A stretch of 64,000 nucleotides of DNA. Origin: Marsupella aquatica (taxonomy: Eukaryota > Plantae > Marchantiophyta). A program made the position numbers and the translations under genes. Shown here in pieces: positions 12,159 to 24,974 of the stretch; the stretch's first letter is position 1, and each line of letters opens with the position of its first letter. The stretch is taken from contig OZ316899.1 in assembly GCA_973895155.1 (NCBI GenBank), positions 10,443,135 to 10,507,134 of the forward strand, given 5' to 3'. Below the pieces are notes generated by a model, which ran no database searches, was not told the origin of the DNA, and saw nothing but the letters and a program-made list of their open reading frames with translations.

Positions 12159-13703
12159 TGTTTTGCTTCAAAAAGTTAGAAAAAATCCCAGAATAAGCTC
12201 CAATTGATGAGTTTTGACAAAAATGTCTCTCCGCATAATGTCCCCCCCCTCATCACTTTGGACCAGGGGTTTAAATACTTTACAACCTGCCCTAAGAATT
12301 GGGTAATGCCCGCCATGATCCTAAAGAGCTACTTTCCTCCTCCTAACCTAGTCCTATTCATCAATGCCTCCACCTCTCTGTAAAACAAGCGACAACCCTT
12401 ATTCTTTTTTGTGCGCAGCCTCCCACTCGGCTACCTCCACTTCCCTTGCCGCCACTGCTTTGATGGCAAGCCCAACACTGGCAACGCATCTCATTCCGCT
12501 GTCTTAAGCATCGTTTGTCCCTCTTCCCCGACATCTCGCCCACTATCACCCACCAATTGTGGTATTCTTTGCAAGTGTTAGGACCCCACTCATCCTCAAG
12601 CTCAAGCTACTCGTCCATGGTGTCAAGGTTGGGTTGGTACACCATAAGATACGCCTGAGTTGGCGTTGGTGGTCCTCTGCATCTAATTATGGGGTCCTCC
12701 CCCCCCCCTCAAGAACTCGACGTCAATTAATAGATTGTACATTCGAGCGATTGCTAGACCCACCCGACTAAACAGCTTCCACATAATCATACCTTTGCAC
12801 TTCATTTTCCCATTAAGATCCATGTTAACTTTGCCTGCCCGTCCGGATCGATCCACTACTTCAATTAAGGAACGCGCAAAATAGTACAACCTAAAGTAGG
12901 GGTATAGCAGCGGAGACAGGAAACAGGTAACAGTTTTCCCGATATCAGGTAACTCATAACTGATAACAGGAAATTGTTATTGTAAAAGTGTACTATTTGG
13001 CAAAGTTTTCCAAAAATTAACGTAAGGAACCACCACATCTTGAAGCTGAAAATATTATGACTTGCAAAAGTGACGAGGTCAGATATAAGTGAAGGGTGTG
13101 GTCACAGTTGCTAGGAGAGGTTCCAAACCGAGTTTCAATTGATTATACATGAAAAATGTTGTCATGAATTCACTGTTATTTAGATACATCATCATTTCTA
13201 AATAGTCCTGTTTGGAATACTTCATTTAGTTCATTTGGGTCTACGACATGAAACTATATTTTAAAATGCCAAACAACAAAACCCATGAAGGAATGGAGTA
13301 TTTTCAGGTGGGACCCACCACAAAGCTAGTTATAGGCTTAATTAAGTCATTGGAAACAAAGGGTTCCATCACTTGTAATCTTGGAGCCAAATTGAGTGTG
13401 AAACTAGCGCCAGGCGCTAACAAAGCTTTAAGTCTTCACAATATAGCGACAAAAGTACAAGTTTAGGGGACCACCACATGACACTAACCAAATAAAATCC
13501 AAACTTTTAAAAATAAGTTCTTGAACTAGCGCCCGACGCTAACCAAAACCAGGATAAAACCAGAATAATATCCGTTGACTAAAGAAAAAAAACATAGTAT
13601 CCGTTATGGAATACTACAGTTACGGAAATCTCATGTTCCTCTACAAACCATTTGCGTTTTGCCTCTCCAACACAAGTCTGACTTTCCCAACTGTCAAAAT
13701 GGG

Positions 13704-16700
13704 CTAGCTACACAGGGTAGACAGGACTACATGAAACTTAAAGACATTTATGAACACCCAATACAAATGTTTACAGGGCATACATGGCTTGCCGCGGGAA
13801 TGACAATGGAAGAAATCTTCACAAGAACAACTAGGGAAGACGCACATTTGGACAAAGTTAGTGTTTGGGGATCGAAGGTTCTCATGAGTCCAGATTCTGA
13901 ATTGCTTTCCAAAAGCAATTCCAATACCCACATCCCACTCTCCATCCAGAGTCATAGCTTCTTTTTGAGCCGACTCCATTTGTTTATAGTGAGCCAAAGT
14001 TAGATTTGATCGAGGTCTGGAGTTCCTCCCATTCCTGCTACAAAGGTGCACGTTGGGCTCCACAAAATTGATTTTTTCTGGAAATGCGTTTACATTGATT
14101 CTCAAGTCGAATGCAACAGGTGGAGTTCAAGAGGTTGTAGTTGTTTGAACCATAGAGACTCCCTGCGCTTAAAGGAACTCTACCTCGCTAGGCAATAGGT
14201 TTGTTCCTTTCACAACTAGTAGGATGTCGGGTACAGGAGGAAGGCGTTCAACACCATGACGCGGATGGGCTCTTGTAGCATGTTTTGTTTGGGCAGAACC
14301 AAATCATTTTAACAATGGGTGTTCCTCTGAAAATGCGGTGTCCACACACAACAATGCCGACAACACCAGCAGCCAAATGGAACCCGACTTTCTTGACACA
14401 ATTTTGACACTCATCCCTCTCAGAATTTCCATGCAAAGTCCCATTACACTGCGGCCCTGCCCCATATTTGGCCGTCCGTCTCAAATGCCAGATCCCTCTA
14501 GGAACGTCCATTTCCAAAGGAGCTGATTGTGTCGGCAAACGTTGAAGCACAACAGGGGCAGAGTGGTGGTTGCGATGATGTTGTTGCCCTCATGGCTTCA
14601 GGGGTGTTTGCAAGGGAATCCCTTTCATTCGTTGAAGTGTCACTCCCGTAGAGGTCGACTACGGGATCTATTACATTGGCAGGAATGAAAGTGAACTCAG
14701 TGTTGTCAAGATTCTTCCGTTTGAATCCACAAGTATTTGGGGTAGTGATGAGAATGGTGTCATGCCGATGGGAGTCTTGTGGTGAGACAATCCCAGTTGC
14801 AAGTCCCTTCCTCTTAACCGACTTGGTGACAGTTAAAAGCAGCGTCAGGCAATAGTATAAACACATTGAGAATTGACTATTGTACGCATAGATAAAACTT
14901 ACCACACAAATGAAATTCCCCCAGTGACGCCATCAAACGACCCACCATGATATCCAACTTTGCAACATCATCAGTTTTCCTGGTACACAGTTGCCTGCTT
15001 GCCACCACAACAAAATCTCCCTAGAAACTCGATACGCTGCAACAAACGTTGGAGCATTCCACAATTTCTCCCAGAGTCTTTGATGTTCAGGTTGCCTACC
15101 CTCCAGTACTCCTTCCCGTGGAATGTCGATGGAAAGATTGGTAAAAGTGAAATGCATCAAAGCGTTCACGTTCAGGGTCTGGGTGCCCTCCAAAAAAGAC
15201 ATTGCGAATGGCGATCCACCTAGTCTGAGCATTGTCAGCCATAAAACCTTGAATGACAACCTCATGTAACCCATTTTCCTTACAAGCCTCAATCATAATT
15301 CTCCATGCCTTCTCAAAAGACTTTGTGTCTTCAGCTTTAAGTTCGCATGTAAAGATTGTACAAAGAGCTCAGAAGTTGTGATCATAAACATGTGCACTGA
15401 AAGTAAACCAGTCGGTTGTCACGCGCTTCATGACATCAAAACTAACCCAAGCTCCTTCTAGTCTTCCGCCTGGTTGCATCTGCCATAGAAGATCTACACC
15501 AGATCCGTGACTCTTGACTGTCATTTTGAATATATGGGGCCTATCTGCTAGACAACCCTGACCCAACAGAAGATACCTTTGGAGGAAAGAAATGTTATTT
15601 GTCCTTTACATTTGAGCTAGGAAATCTAACTCACCACGACCATTCTGGTCCAATCGAACGCTTCAACAAAGCGATGCAAATTTTTGAGGAGTAGATAGTA
15701 CCATGAGAGACTTCCAAATTTTTGTTTCTTCAATATCTACCATGTCATCGACATTTTTGCAAAGAGCTTTCACAAGCAAACCGGTCGCGGAATTTAAGAT
15801 CCTAGCCGGCTTTGCAAGAGGATTGGCTTTGTGATTTCTTTTTATTAAATCCTCGACTATCTTTTCAGCTCTCCTTGAGAAAAAATTTCTACTCGGATGG
15901 TTATGTTCATCTATATGAAACGCGAGGCGAGACATATGACTACAAGTTTCTGTATCAAGTAGGACCTACGGATACATATAGAACAAGTGAGCAGGGCAAG
16001 ACTCCACATAGAAAGGAATCTGCTCACACTAGTGACATACCACACCACCCTCTTCAATGAATGAACCCACCACGTGCTGGCCACTAAGCTTAGGAGTACC
16101 ATGCCAGGCTTTTGCATTGCATCTCTTCTTTGCTGAAAATACTCACAGGACTTGTTCCTGCACTTGATGAGCCCAGTACACGTAACCTTACCAAATTCCC
16201 AGTGTTTCTTTGGTTGCACGTTCGCAATTGTCGGAAAAATTTGGGTCCAAATGTAGCAATCTTTGGCACGGTCCATGTCACAAAGTCTCAATCCCTTGGA
16301 GAGCATTCTCTCAATGGGAGGTCATTCAAATACAACATTTCCGTTGTACTTGTTTGGCAAACAAGGAACTTGCTCGTGTCGGAAGTCCCCTGCCGATATA
16401 ATCTCGACAGTTCACTACGTGTCGTGGCCTTGAGTAAGGCGCCCATTGCACTCCGCTGGTAAACCTTATGGACAACTCCGGAGGTGGCCATTGGTTCACT
16501 CTTAATTAAGGAAACTAGAATCTGGAACTTTGTACTTTGCAGGAGGATTGGGCACAACATCCTCATCTTCACTCTTGGAGATTTCAACAACCTGGACAGG
16601 AATCTTCCCAACTACTGATTCAAGGAGAGTACGTCTAACATGAAGCGTGTAACAAAGTCCAACATTCATGTGCCAGAAACATATTCCCTCATCTACATCA

Positions 16701-16834
16701 AATGCCGCAGCACGTTCAAGTCCTCCACTCGTTGACTCCTCAAGAACAATCGACTCAATATCATTCATTCTCAAATCAAATCTCCCGCAAAGGTAGGTTT
16801 CACTTACTTGCTTGTATGTATCAGAAACTTGCAC
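13704..16834 (-). pseudogene. MULE transposase (GCM-like Zn DNA-binding domain, DDE core, SWIM finger), frameshifted
   Basis: KVTCTGLIKCRNKSCEYF (GCM/WRKY-like); WVSFDVMK, GFMADNAQ..WIAIRNVF, DAFHFYQS (MULE core); CSCEDF..PCKHLYWVF (SWIM). Confidence 0.8.
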
Positions 16835-17899
16835 AGGAACCTTGACGACATTTCAATACGACAAGGAACAAGCACTAAATTGCATCCGTTGAAATCATAA
16901 ATGAAAAGTTTGTCCTTTTTTCCCCGAGAAGTGCGGGTGTCAGAAATATTTATTACATCAAAATGACCACATATAGGCCAAAAGAAGCCATGAAATGGAA
17001 AAATTGCGTCAACTTATAGAAACAGCGCCTAGCGCTACCAAAAAGTCAATGAACAATAAAGACTAAATTTGTTGAGATGCCAGACTAGCGCCTGGCGCTA
17101 GTAATGGACTAGACGTCATTTTGAATAAATATTTTTGCTAAACAATCCTTAACAACCAAATTTAAGCATAAAATACGGTAAATTTGTACTAGCGCCTGGC
17201 ACTAGTATTGATCCAACATAATTAAGGCCTTAATATCAAGTAAAGTTGAGTTACTACGTTTGAAATGACTACTTTTGTAAGTTTGTTAACAAAAACTGGA
17301 ACTAAAATAGAACGTTAATTATGAGACTAGTCAAATGGCTAGTGCCGGGCACTAGCAATTGTACACCAATAACTCTCCAAATAAAGTGGTCACTTCTTCA
17401 TTAGCGCCCGATGCTGGCATTGCATGTCTGTCTTTAAGGTGTCTGGACAATGGTAATATTTAGCGGTAACTATTGTTTAGCGTAATCTTCACGACAACAT
17501 TTTAGCGTAATTTACATTGATTCCTATCACAATTCCTAAATTGTCACTTTTGGTTACCGATAAGTAATATTCAATCTCATCGTTCACATTGAGTAACGTC
17601 TCTCCAACCGATTACATAGAGGGAAATAGCGCTCATTGATCAGATATAATACGGAAGCAACTGTTAATATGGTACCGAGAATCAGCACTCGATTGTGAGA
17701 ATTCTTGTATACGACCATTCGTACACCTTTCATCATAAAGACAATGGATGTAGTCCCCTCCTCGTCGAGGGGGTATAGTGTGGTTGGGGATTGTGATCAT
17801 GGGTATTGCGAGTCTTTTGAGTCTTCATTTTTTGGTTTAGTGTATACACGTCGAGTAACGAGGTCCACCGCATCGCTTGTTCCAATCTCTGGTATTTTG

Positions 17900-20800
17900 T
17901 TTGCCAAGCCAGCAAGAAAAAAGATGGAGAATCTTCATTTGCAATTGAAGATGTTTTGGTTTCGGAGACCGATCTTATTTCAAAACATGTCATGTCATTT
18001 GGGAAAGATTTCAGAGGGTTTGACAAAGAGCCTCCTAGAATTCCGCTATGTCGGTTGGTGCATATGGAGGTTGTCCGCACTTTGCAGAAAGATAACTCTT
18101 CCATCGACAAGCTCAAGACTCTTTCCGTAGCATGGGATACAATCCATCAATAGGAATGAGGTTTTATGTTCAGCTTACCGATGTTTAAGGGAGTGCTTCT
18201 CTCCTGTACACAGGAAATTTGTGATAGTTAGGATCCAATATGGAGATCTGAGAATGATAAATTTGAGGAAGAATGCACCGCAGACCCCGATTTTCTTGTT
18301 TTGAAGGATAGGATGTTCTCAGTTTTTTATGGGAACCATAGGCTTTACTCATGGACATTTGTCACACAGGAGAATCCAGAAAACCCAAAATACCACCTGC
18401 AAGTGCTTTGTACTGTTTTCAATGGGAACAAGGGTTCGCTGATAGAAATCAAAGCGGCTATGCACACCGTGAACCAGTAAGATTCTCTTTTAAGCATAAC
18501 TTTGAGAGTTGTTGTTTTACGAGCCAGTAAGTTTCTCTTTTTAGCATAACTTGGAGATTCGTTGTTTTATGAGCGCCCGACGCTACTTATATGTTGTTCT
18601 AATTTCTTGCTTTTCCTTCAGGCTTGGACAAGCCGTTGTGGAACCATCATGGATCCTTGACATTGATCGAATTAAGAGGACTTTGATGCACCACCTGGAG
18701 TACTATACTAAGCTCATCGACCTTGCAAATTTCAAGAGGTTTGACCAGATTAGGCTGAAGACGCAGAAAGGATCCTGGTACACAAAGAAGATGCCTTGGG
18801 AGGCTCTTGTCTACATTCTATGTGAGAATAAGATTAGATTGTATTCTAACATTTCAAGCTTGACATGGAGTCCGTTGCAGCCCTAGGTACCCCTTGGTCG
18901 GTCAAGGAGGTTTTGAGAAGGCATGTCGTAATGATGAAGGAAGCAACCAAGGAATGGGCAGTGAAAACCTCAAAAATCACTCCTTTGTTGAGTCTAGAGT
19001 TTGAAGACTTTCTGTCTAAGTATGCAAAAATGTATGTTGTCACGGAGAGGAATAAGCGAGAGAAGAAATCAGATACCGTGTTGTGTATGATGGACCGAGC
19101 CAGGCTTTTTACAGCTGTTTCGGCACTTGATCCCAAGCAAAGGAGTACTTTGCTTGCAGCACATTGCAATCCGGAGCTTCAGAGGCAAATTTTCCATCCG
19201 AATACCGTCAATGATGATCCAATAAAATAGTGGTGTCACACCTGGATTACGTGGAATAATGTATAGGGGATTGCTGTGGGGAAGTTGCAGTGTGCTCTGC
19301 GAGAGGTCCAACAAACCATTCCCGGGAATCGTTTACAAGATTGGGCATGTGAATCTTTTGAAGCTCTGATTGACATAGTCACGAATGATTTTAAGAAATA
19401 CGGAGACTCTGTCAAGGGTAAGTTTTTTAATACGGTGTGGCCCTCGAAGTATCCTGACTAAGAGGACTACTCTTTGAAGAACCAGAAGCGAGCAAAAAGG
19501 TACCTCTACCGGTTTTACATCCACATGGAAGTTACTAAACCTGATTACTTATGGGCATATCCCGTCGCCTTCCTGAAGTGGACTGTAATATTGGAAGGTG
19601 ATATTTTAGCTGATTTGTATTCTATGTATCCTGCGGAGGGAATTTTCCCAACAAGACCTTTGAGTGAATGGGAGAGAACCCATTGTCCATGGTACCTAGA
19701 TACAGACAGATGGGACTTGCCGTTTGATCATAGAGAAAAGGATGCTTTCCATAAGCTGTCTAAGTCCCAAATCCCAATCAATATTGTTTCTGACATGAAG
19801 CAGGGGCTACCGAACGATGTGGATCAGTCCACAACATAATTGCAAACGATATGTGAGACAACAATTGTTCACGTTGACCGAAGCAGGAAGCCTCGCACCA
19901 AAGCAAAAGCAGATACTACTGCCCCAAGTGAATCAACTAGGTCTGGGAAAAAAAGTAAGTATATTTGGTAAATATTTGGTTAGCGCTCGGCGCTGCTATG
20001 GAAGTCAATATTTCATAAAACTGAATTGGTCTCTTTTGTCAAAGAAGTGTACATTTATAGCCAAGTCTTTGAGATAGTTTGGCCAGCGCCAAGCATTAGC
20101 ATTGTCTTTTTATTTGTCGTTATCTCAAAATTGATGGATCTCACATCGACATCCATTTGAATAGGGAGAAAGTCAGACGCCATAGGAAGCGGAGATACGA
20201 AGATAGATGCCACCCCAAAGGCTTCTGAAGCCAATACAAGAGCTCCATCCGACCCAATTACTCCCGTCAAGAAAGGGAAGGCAATTGCTCCAGTGGATGC
20301 GACCAGTACAAGGAAGAAGCAGAAAAGGACCATTGAAGGTGGAACTTCCTCTTGAGGAAGTGCTCCTGCTATAGGTGTTCAACGTGAAGTTGGGGACTTC
20401 AAGAATACACTTTCAAGGCATTGCATGGTTGAGTCTAGCATCTCAGAATTCTACGACTCAACGTTCAACAAAGAGGAGAAGCTTGATTGGGTAAATGGTG
20501 TAGAGAAATGGGGAAAGGATCTCATGAAGTCGGGTTATCGAGACAAGGGCGTTGTCCATGGGGGGAAGGAAAGATTGTTTGGAGTCCACGCGGGTTTCAT
20601 CTACCTTCCTACAGGACTCAAACCATCTCTGCTAGACAGAAAGGTCCCGAAATGGAATATCCCCGACCACACACTGGCCACATCATTCTTTCGTGGAATG
20701 GATCCATTTTTATCTAATGACAAAATGCTGGCAATTTGCATAACGGGGAGTACGATCCTATGTCTCAAGGTTATATCCGCTTGTCAGGAATCAAAGAAGT

Positions 20801-21476
20801 TTCATTGCATCTCAACACACAATGTTGTCATGTCAGTTCCAATGTACGTGCCAAAGACTGATTGACAGGTAAATTTCAAATCGTGACATCTAGTTTTGAG
20901 TTTCAAGAATGTTTATGAATGCATCCAATGACATATCATTCTTGGTTTATATTGCAGATCTTCACGCTCAGGCTGGACGTCTTTTGCCGAGTGTTTGAGA
21001 AAGGGAAGGTACCAAAAGACTCAAGGTTTAGACCTTTGTTTGTCACCAAAGATCCCTCCATAACTAATTTAATTGGACTTTCCTCTCTCAAAATTGATCC
21101 AACACCTGAGATGGAATTTGCTGGGAATGCCCGTTTGTCGGTTGGATTCATGCAATCTGTGATAGAGCTCATCGCTTGGCCTAGGGATATTTTCATGGAT
21201 TGGACAGTGGGTTCGGGTAGCTCTTTTGTAGTTGGAGACTATTCTAGGAGGTTTGTAATTGGAGTGGAGAATAGGAAAGATTTCATTGAAACTGGTTCCA
21301 AGGTGTTCTTAGATCTACTCTCTCCAAAGGAACTCAAAACTTTGCCCCCCCAATTCATCCACCCGAAAGGAGAGGAGGGAAAGCTCCGGTCTGTACTTAA
21401 TTTTGACTCTGACGATGAGTCAAGTGGTGGGACAGCAGACAAAGATGAGGGTGAGACAACTCAGGGGAAGGGTTAG
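17900..21476 (+). pseudogene. MULE second gene: ParB-like N-terminus + beta-class N4C/N6A DNA-methyltransferase-like C-terminus; multi-exon, degenerate
   Basis: IPLCRLVHMEVVR...RMFSVFYGNHRLYSW (18328-18342; ParB DGxHR-like); GT-AG introns at ~18477-18621 and from ~19955; GFIYLPTG..KWN (DPPY position); FMQSVIELIAWPRDIFMDWTVGSGSSFVVGDYSRRFVIGVE (N6_N4_Mtase motif X-I-II pattern). Confidence 0.6.
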
Positions 21477-22779
21477 GAACAATCCGCTGGCCAGAGTGAC
21501 AACGATGGCTCTTCCGAGTAATGTTCTGAAACTCGTAAGCTTATTTCTCCTTTCCAGCTCCTTCATGCGTTTGTGTTATCCATTCATACAATCGGTTGAC
21601 GGACTTGTGTTCTCACCTAGGTCCAAATGGAATACCAAAAAGCGCTTCCAACTCAGAAGAAAAGTAGCTCATTTTGATATTGGTACGCCCGAGAAACCAT
21701 TTGTTTTGCCCTCTTATGTTGAGAACGCTGCAAGAAAGGAGGATAATCAGAGGACTCTTTGCTAGGAAAACAAAGGTCTCCGGCTATGGAGAGGAGTTGA
21801 CAGAAAGTTTGTCAAAAATCCTTATGTAGACGGTGTTTGTAGGAGCAAGTATGTAGATGATGAAGTAGTCTCAATCGACAGATCACAAAGCTCCAAATCG
21901 GAATTGTCCGATAATTGATGCATATTTACTGCTAAGCTTTTACCAGCGTCGGGCGCTATTATCAAAATACATGTATTTTTATCCCCTTTATGATTGGTTT
22001 ACGTTACATTGATAATAAAATGTATTAAATTCCTCTATTCCCTTACTAGCGTCGGGTGCTCCCCAAACGTCTACTTTTGTAATTCATAATTTTTAATCTT
22101 GTCTTCGTTACGTTGCCACTCGTATTTTGTCGTTACCGGCAACAGTTGTCTCTATCTCAAATGTTGGGGTCGGGATATAATTGTTTTCTCAACGGTCTTT
22201 TGGCCGTGTAACCTCGTTGTGTTACTGATGCCGGTGATTTCCAACCATCATGTAATATGGTCATATGTTACATATTGATTTCTAGAGTCTGAGATTTAAG
22301 CTAGCGCCCATTGCTGGAAATGTTCAACGTGTGCCGTGGCCTCTATTGGTTGGAAACGCTTGATTTTAAATCGCCTGTTCTCTTCTCAATTGAGGTTACG
22401 TAGATTCACCAACTTTTGCCTAATTTTAGGATTACCTAAAACTTCCCCTTCCCTTAAGGTATACTAGCGCTGGGCACTGTTAATCATCGCAAATTTTGGC
22501 AACACCTTTTTGCTTTTGACCACTACTTGATGGGAAATTTCCTCCACAATTGGACGGTGTTAATGAAAATGACTGAAAATGGGGTTTAATTTTGGGTTTT
22601 TGTAAACCTTTAAAAAAATTGGTCCAATCTTTCAAGGTTTTTTCTCCATTTCTCCTGGTAATAGTAACTGTTTTTTGTTACTGTTTCCTGGTTCCTGTCT
22701 TTTGTAAATACCCCCACCTAAAGTAGCAAGGATCCTTAAGTGACTGGCCAAAAGGATATCGGCAGGTAAGGGCATTTAT

Positions 22780-23310
22780 CCATCGTCTCTTTCTCCTACT
22801 CTTGGAACTAGAAATCTCAACACTCCTATAAGACTGAGTTGCATCAATGGCCTCATCCAAAGTATTAGGGTGAGATTGTCTTATTGGGACACCTATCTTC
22901 TTGTGTAGGCTTGTCACAAACCACGCCAACAACATGGAGTCTACTGGTCTAGGGTCAAGCTTGGTAGCTAGCTTTTGAAACCTTTGAAGAAACCTCCTTA
23001 TCAACTCCTTGGATCCCATTATGATCTTCCACATCTTGATCAGAGCTTTTGATTCTTCTCCCACCTTCTTAAACTCCTGCAAGAAGGCTAGCTTGAAGGC
23101 ATCCCAATCATTCTTGGTGGCATTTGATAGGCCATTGAACCAAGGTCTTGCTTCTCCTCTCAAGACACCCGCCAAAGTGGTCAACTTCATATCAAACTCT
23201 CCATTGGCTTGGGCTGTCCCAATGAAGTCCTCCAACCAAGCATCAGGATTCTCCTTGGGCTTGCCATGGAATGTCTTGTACTGAAATCTTGCCCTTTGAG
23301 TCACCACCAT
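22780..23310 (-). pseudogene. gag: Truncated Ty3/gypsy gag (related to the 4191-6380 gag)
   Basis: FQYKTFHGKPKENPDAWLEDF..ARPWF..IRQSHPNTLDEAI; homology lost after SKSRRKR. Confidence 0.85.
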
Positions 23311-23597
23311 GGCTGCTTCTTGCTCTTCATTTGTGTTGGTAGTGAAAGATGATGTATCACTCCACTCTTCAATTTGATCACCTTGAGCTTGAAATTGAAG
23401 GTCCAGTCACTCTGATTGCTCAAACTGGTCACCAATGTTAAAACTAAGAGATGCTTCTCTTAGTGTTTGACTCCTTGTAGTGAGCATGTCACTCACAATC
23501 ACCTTCTTATCTCTCTTCTTCTTTTGAAAAACAAACCTGCAAACACACCTCCAAGTCTTGTGGCTCCACTCCCACAACAAAAATTGCAAAGAGTTGT

Positions 23598-23614
23598 CCC
23601 TAGCAGCAGCGCCA
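23598..23614 (-). promoter_or_regulatory. Degenerate tRNA-Asp-type PBS
   Basis: Minus strand TGGCGCTGCTGCTAGGG adjacent to the LTR end. Confidence 0.7.
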
Positions 23615-23620
23615 AAAACA

Positions 23621-24974
23621 TGGGTGACACTCTATGTCAAACACTTGTCAAGGAGCTTAAGTGAATTTTCTCCTAAAAAACTATTTAATACCTGCTCTAT
23701 GTCATAATAGGGTCACAAAGTATTGACAAAACTTTTGAAATGTGTTTGCAAGTTCTAATCACACCATACATAAGTAGTTTTAGCTCTCCACTTCTAGAGA
23801 GGTAGTCACCTTGATTAGTTTTGCACCCACACACTTCCTCTCTCCTCTACTCCAAGGAGTAGCAAGGGGGATATCCACTCCAATTTTCACCTTAGAGTAG
23901 ACCCTCACAAAAACACTCAAGAATCCAAAGTATTTTTCTCTTCAAGCTTAAGTCCCCCTTAGACCTTCAAAGTAGTGTTAACCTTTAACCTTGTCCCCCT
24001 AGCCTTGGTTTGGGCCCACACATCCCCTTTGAGCTCTAGAGATAACTCTTCTCTCTAAGGACTCTTCCTCTTGTTCTCACATAAGGCAAGGTACTTTTCA
24101 CCCTCAAGATATAATCCTCTCTAAGTCCCAAAGTAATGTTCCACCTTAACCTTGCCTCCCTAGCCTTGGTTGTGTACCAACATATTCCCTTCAAGCTTAG
24201 ACTAAGATTGCACACTAACATGGACTCTTTCTTGCTCTCATAGACTTCAAATTCCCTCACACTTAATGGTTACAATAAAGACTGGGAAGACTCCTTTCAT
24301 TGCATAATCAATTGTTAAAACAAAATATCTTCTACAAAATCCTCACACTAAGTATGGACCTCACCCCCTTCTCAAGCTTAGCCTCAACCTAGCAAGGTAG
24401 AGCCTCTACTTCAAGAACTGAGAATTTTGGGCCCCTAACAAATGAAAACTTCTATCTTATATATTATTCTTCTTCCACACCACACCAAGCTCAACCTGGG
24501 GTCCAACTACACCTCCCCCAAGTCCTTCTAACATACAAAGTTCAAATCTATAGTTCATAGCTCACTCTACGATCTGTTGTTTTGACTTCTTCCAAGCCCT
24601 GGAATATGCCAAATATGAGTTGCATGGTTTGACCCAAAAAACTTCTCCTAATAATGGTCCTCTTCACCAGCTTTCCAACCCAATTGAAATCTTGCAAAAA
24701 GAGTACCCGAGCCAAAAGTTATGCCTAGTCAAAGTTGGCTCCTTATTTACTAGTCCTTACTTACTACCCTAGATAACCGCCCTGACTATCAATTTACTAC
24801 GGGGTGCCTTACCTTCCCCTGACTCAACACACAAAAAATTGGGCCCCAATGAATGCCCCAAGCCCAAGTTATGCCCGTTTTCATTTGACCATTTTGGGTG
24901 TAAAGTAAGTGTAAACGGCATCTCATTTACACTTAAGCTTTACATGCTCGTTATGGGGATTCCAGGTGTCACCA
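23621..24974 (-). repeat. 5' LTR (~1.35 kb) of a second Athila-like element
   Basis: Inverted termini TGGGTGACAC ... GTGTCACCA; PBS and gag follow on the minus strand. Confidence 0.75.

Larger units (their letters stand above)
13405..22479. repeat. 14 dispersed copies of the 15-bp palindrome TAGCGCC-N-GGCGCTA
   Basis: Starts at 13405, 13527, 17023, 17086, 17190, 17340, 17402, 18571, 19981, 20084, 21944, 22047, 22302, 22465; all inside the MULE and in non-coding DNA. Confidence 0.9.
12899..22715. mobile_element. Mutator-like (MULE) DNA transposon, ~9.8 kb, two divergent genes
   Basis: TSD ACCTAAAGTA at 12889-12898 and 22716-22725; imperfect G-terminal TIRs (GGGGTAT...AGACAGGAAACAGG vs reverse-complemented right end GGGGGTAT...AGACAGGAACCAGG); MULE transposase motifs inside. 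Confidence 0.88.

Noticed and set aside
18474-18574. ~50-bp tandem duplication of a splice-donor region
   Set aside because: Real but ordinary local duplication inside an intron.
13405-22479. CRISPR-like interpretation of the palindromic repeats
   Set aside because: Irregular spacing, only 15 bp, eukaryotic TE context, no cas genes.
22678-22780. C-terminal extension of the gag ORF (WINALTCRYPF...)
   Set aside because: Read-through into unrelated DNA and the MULE TIR.
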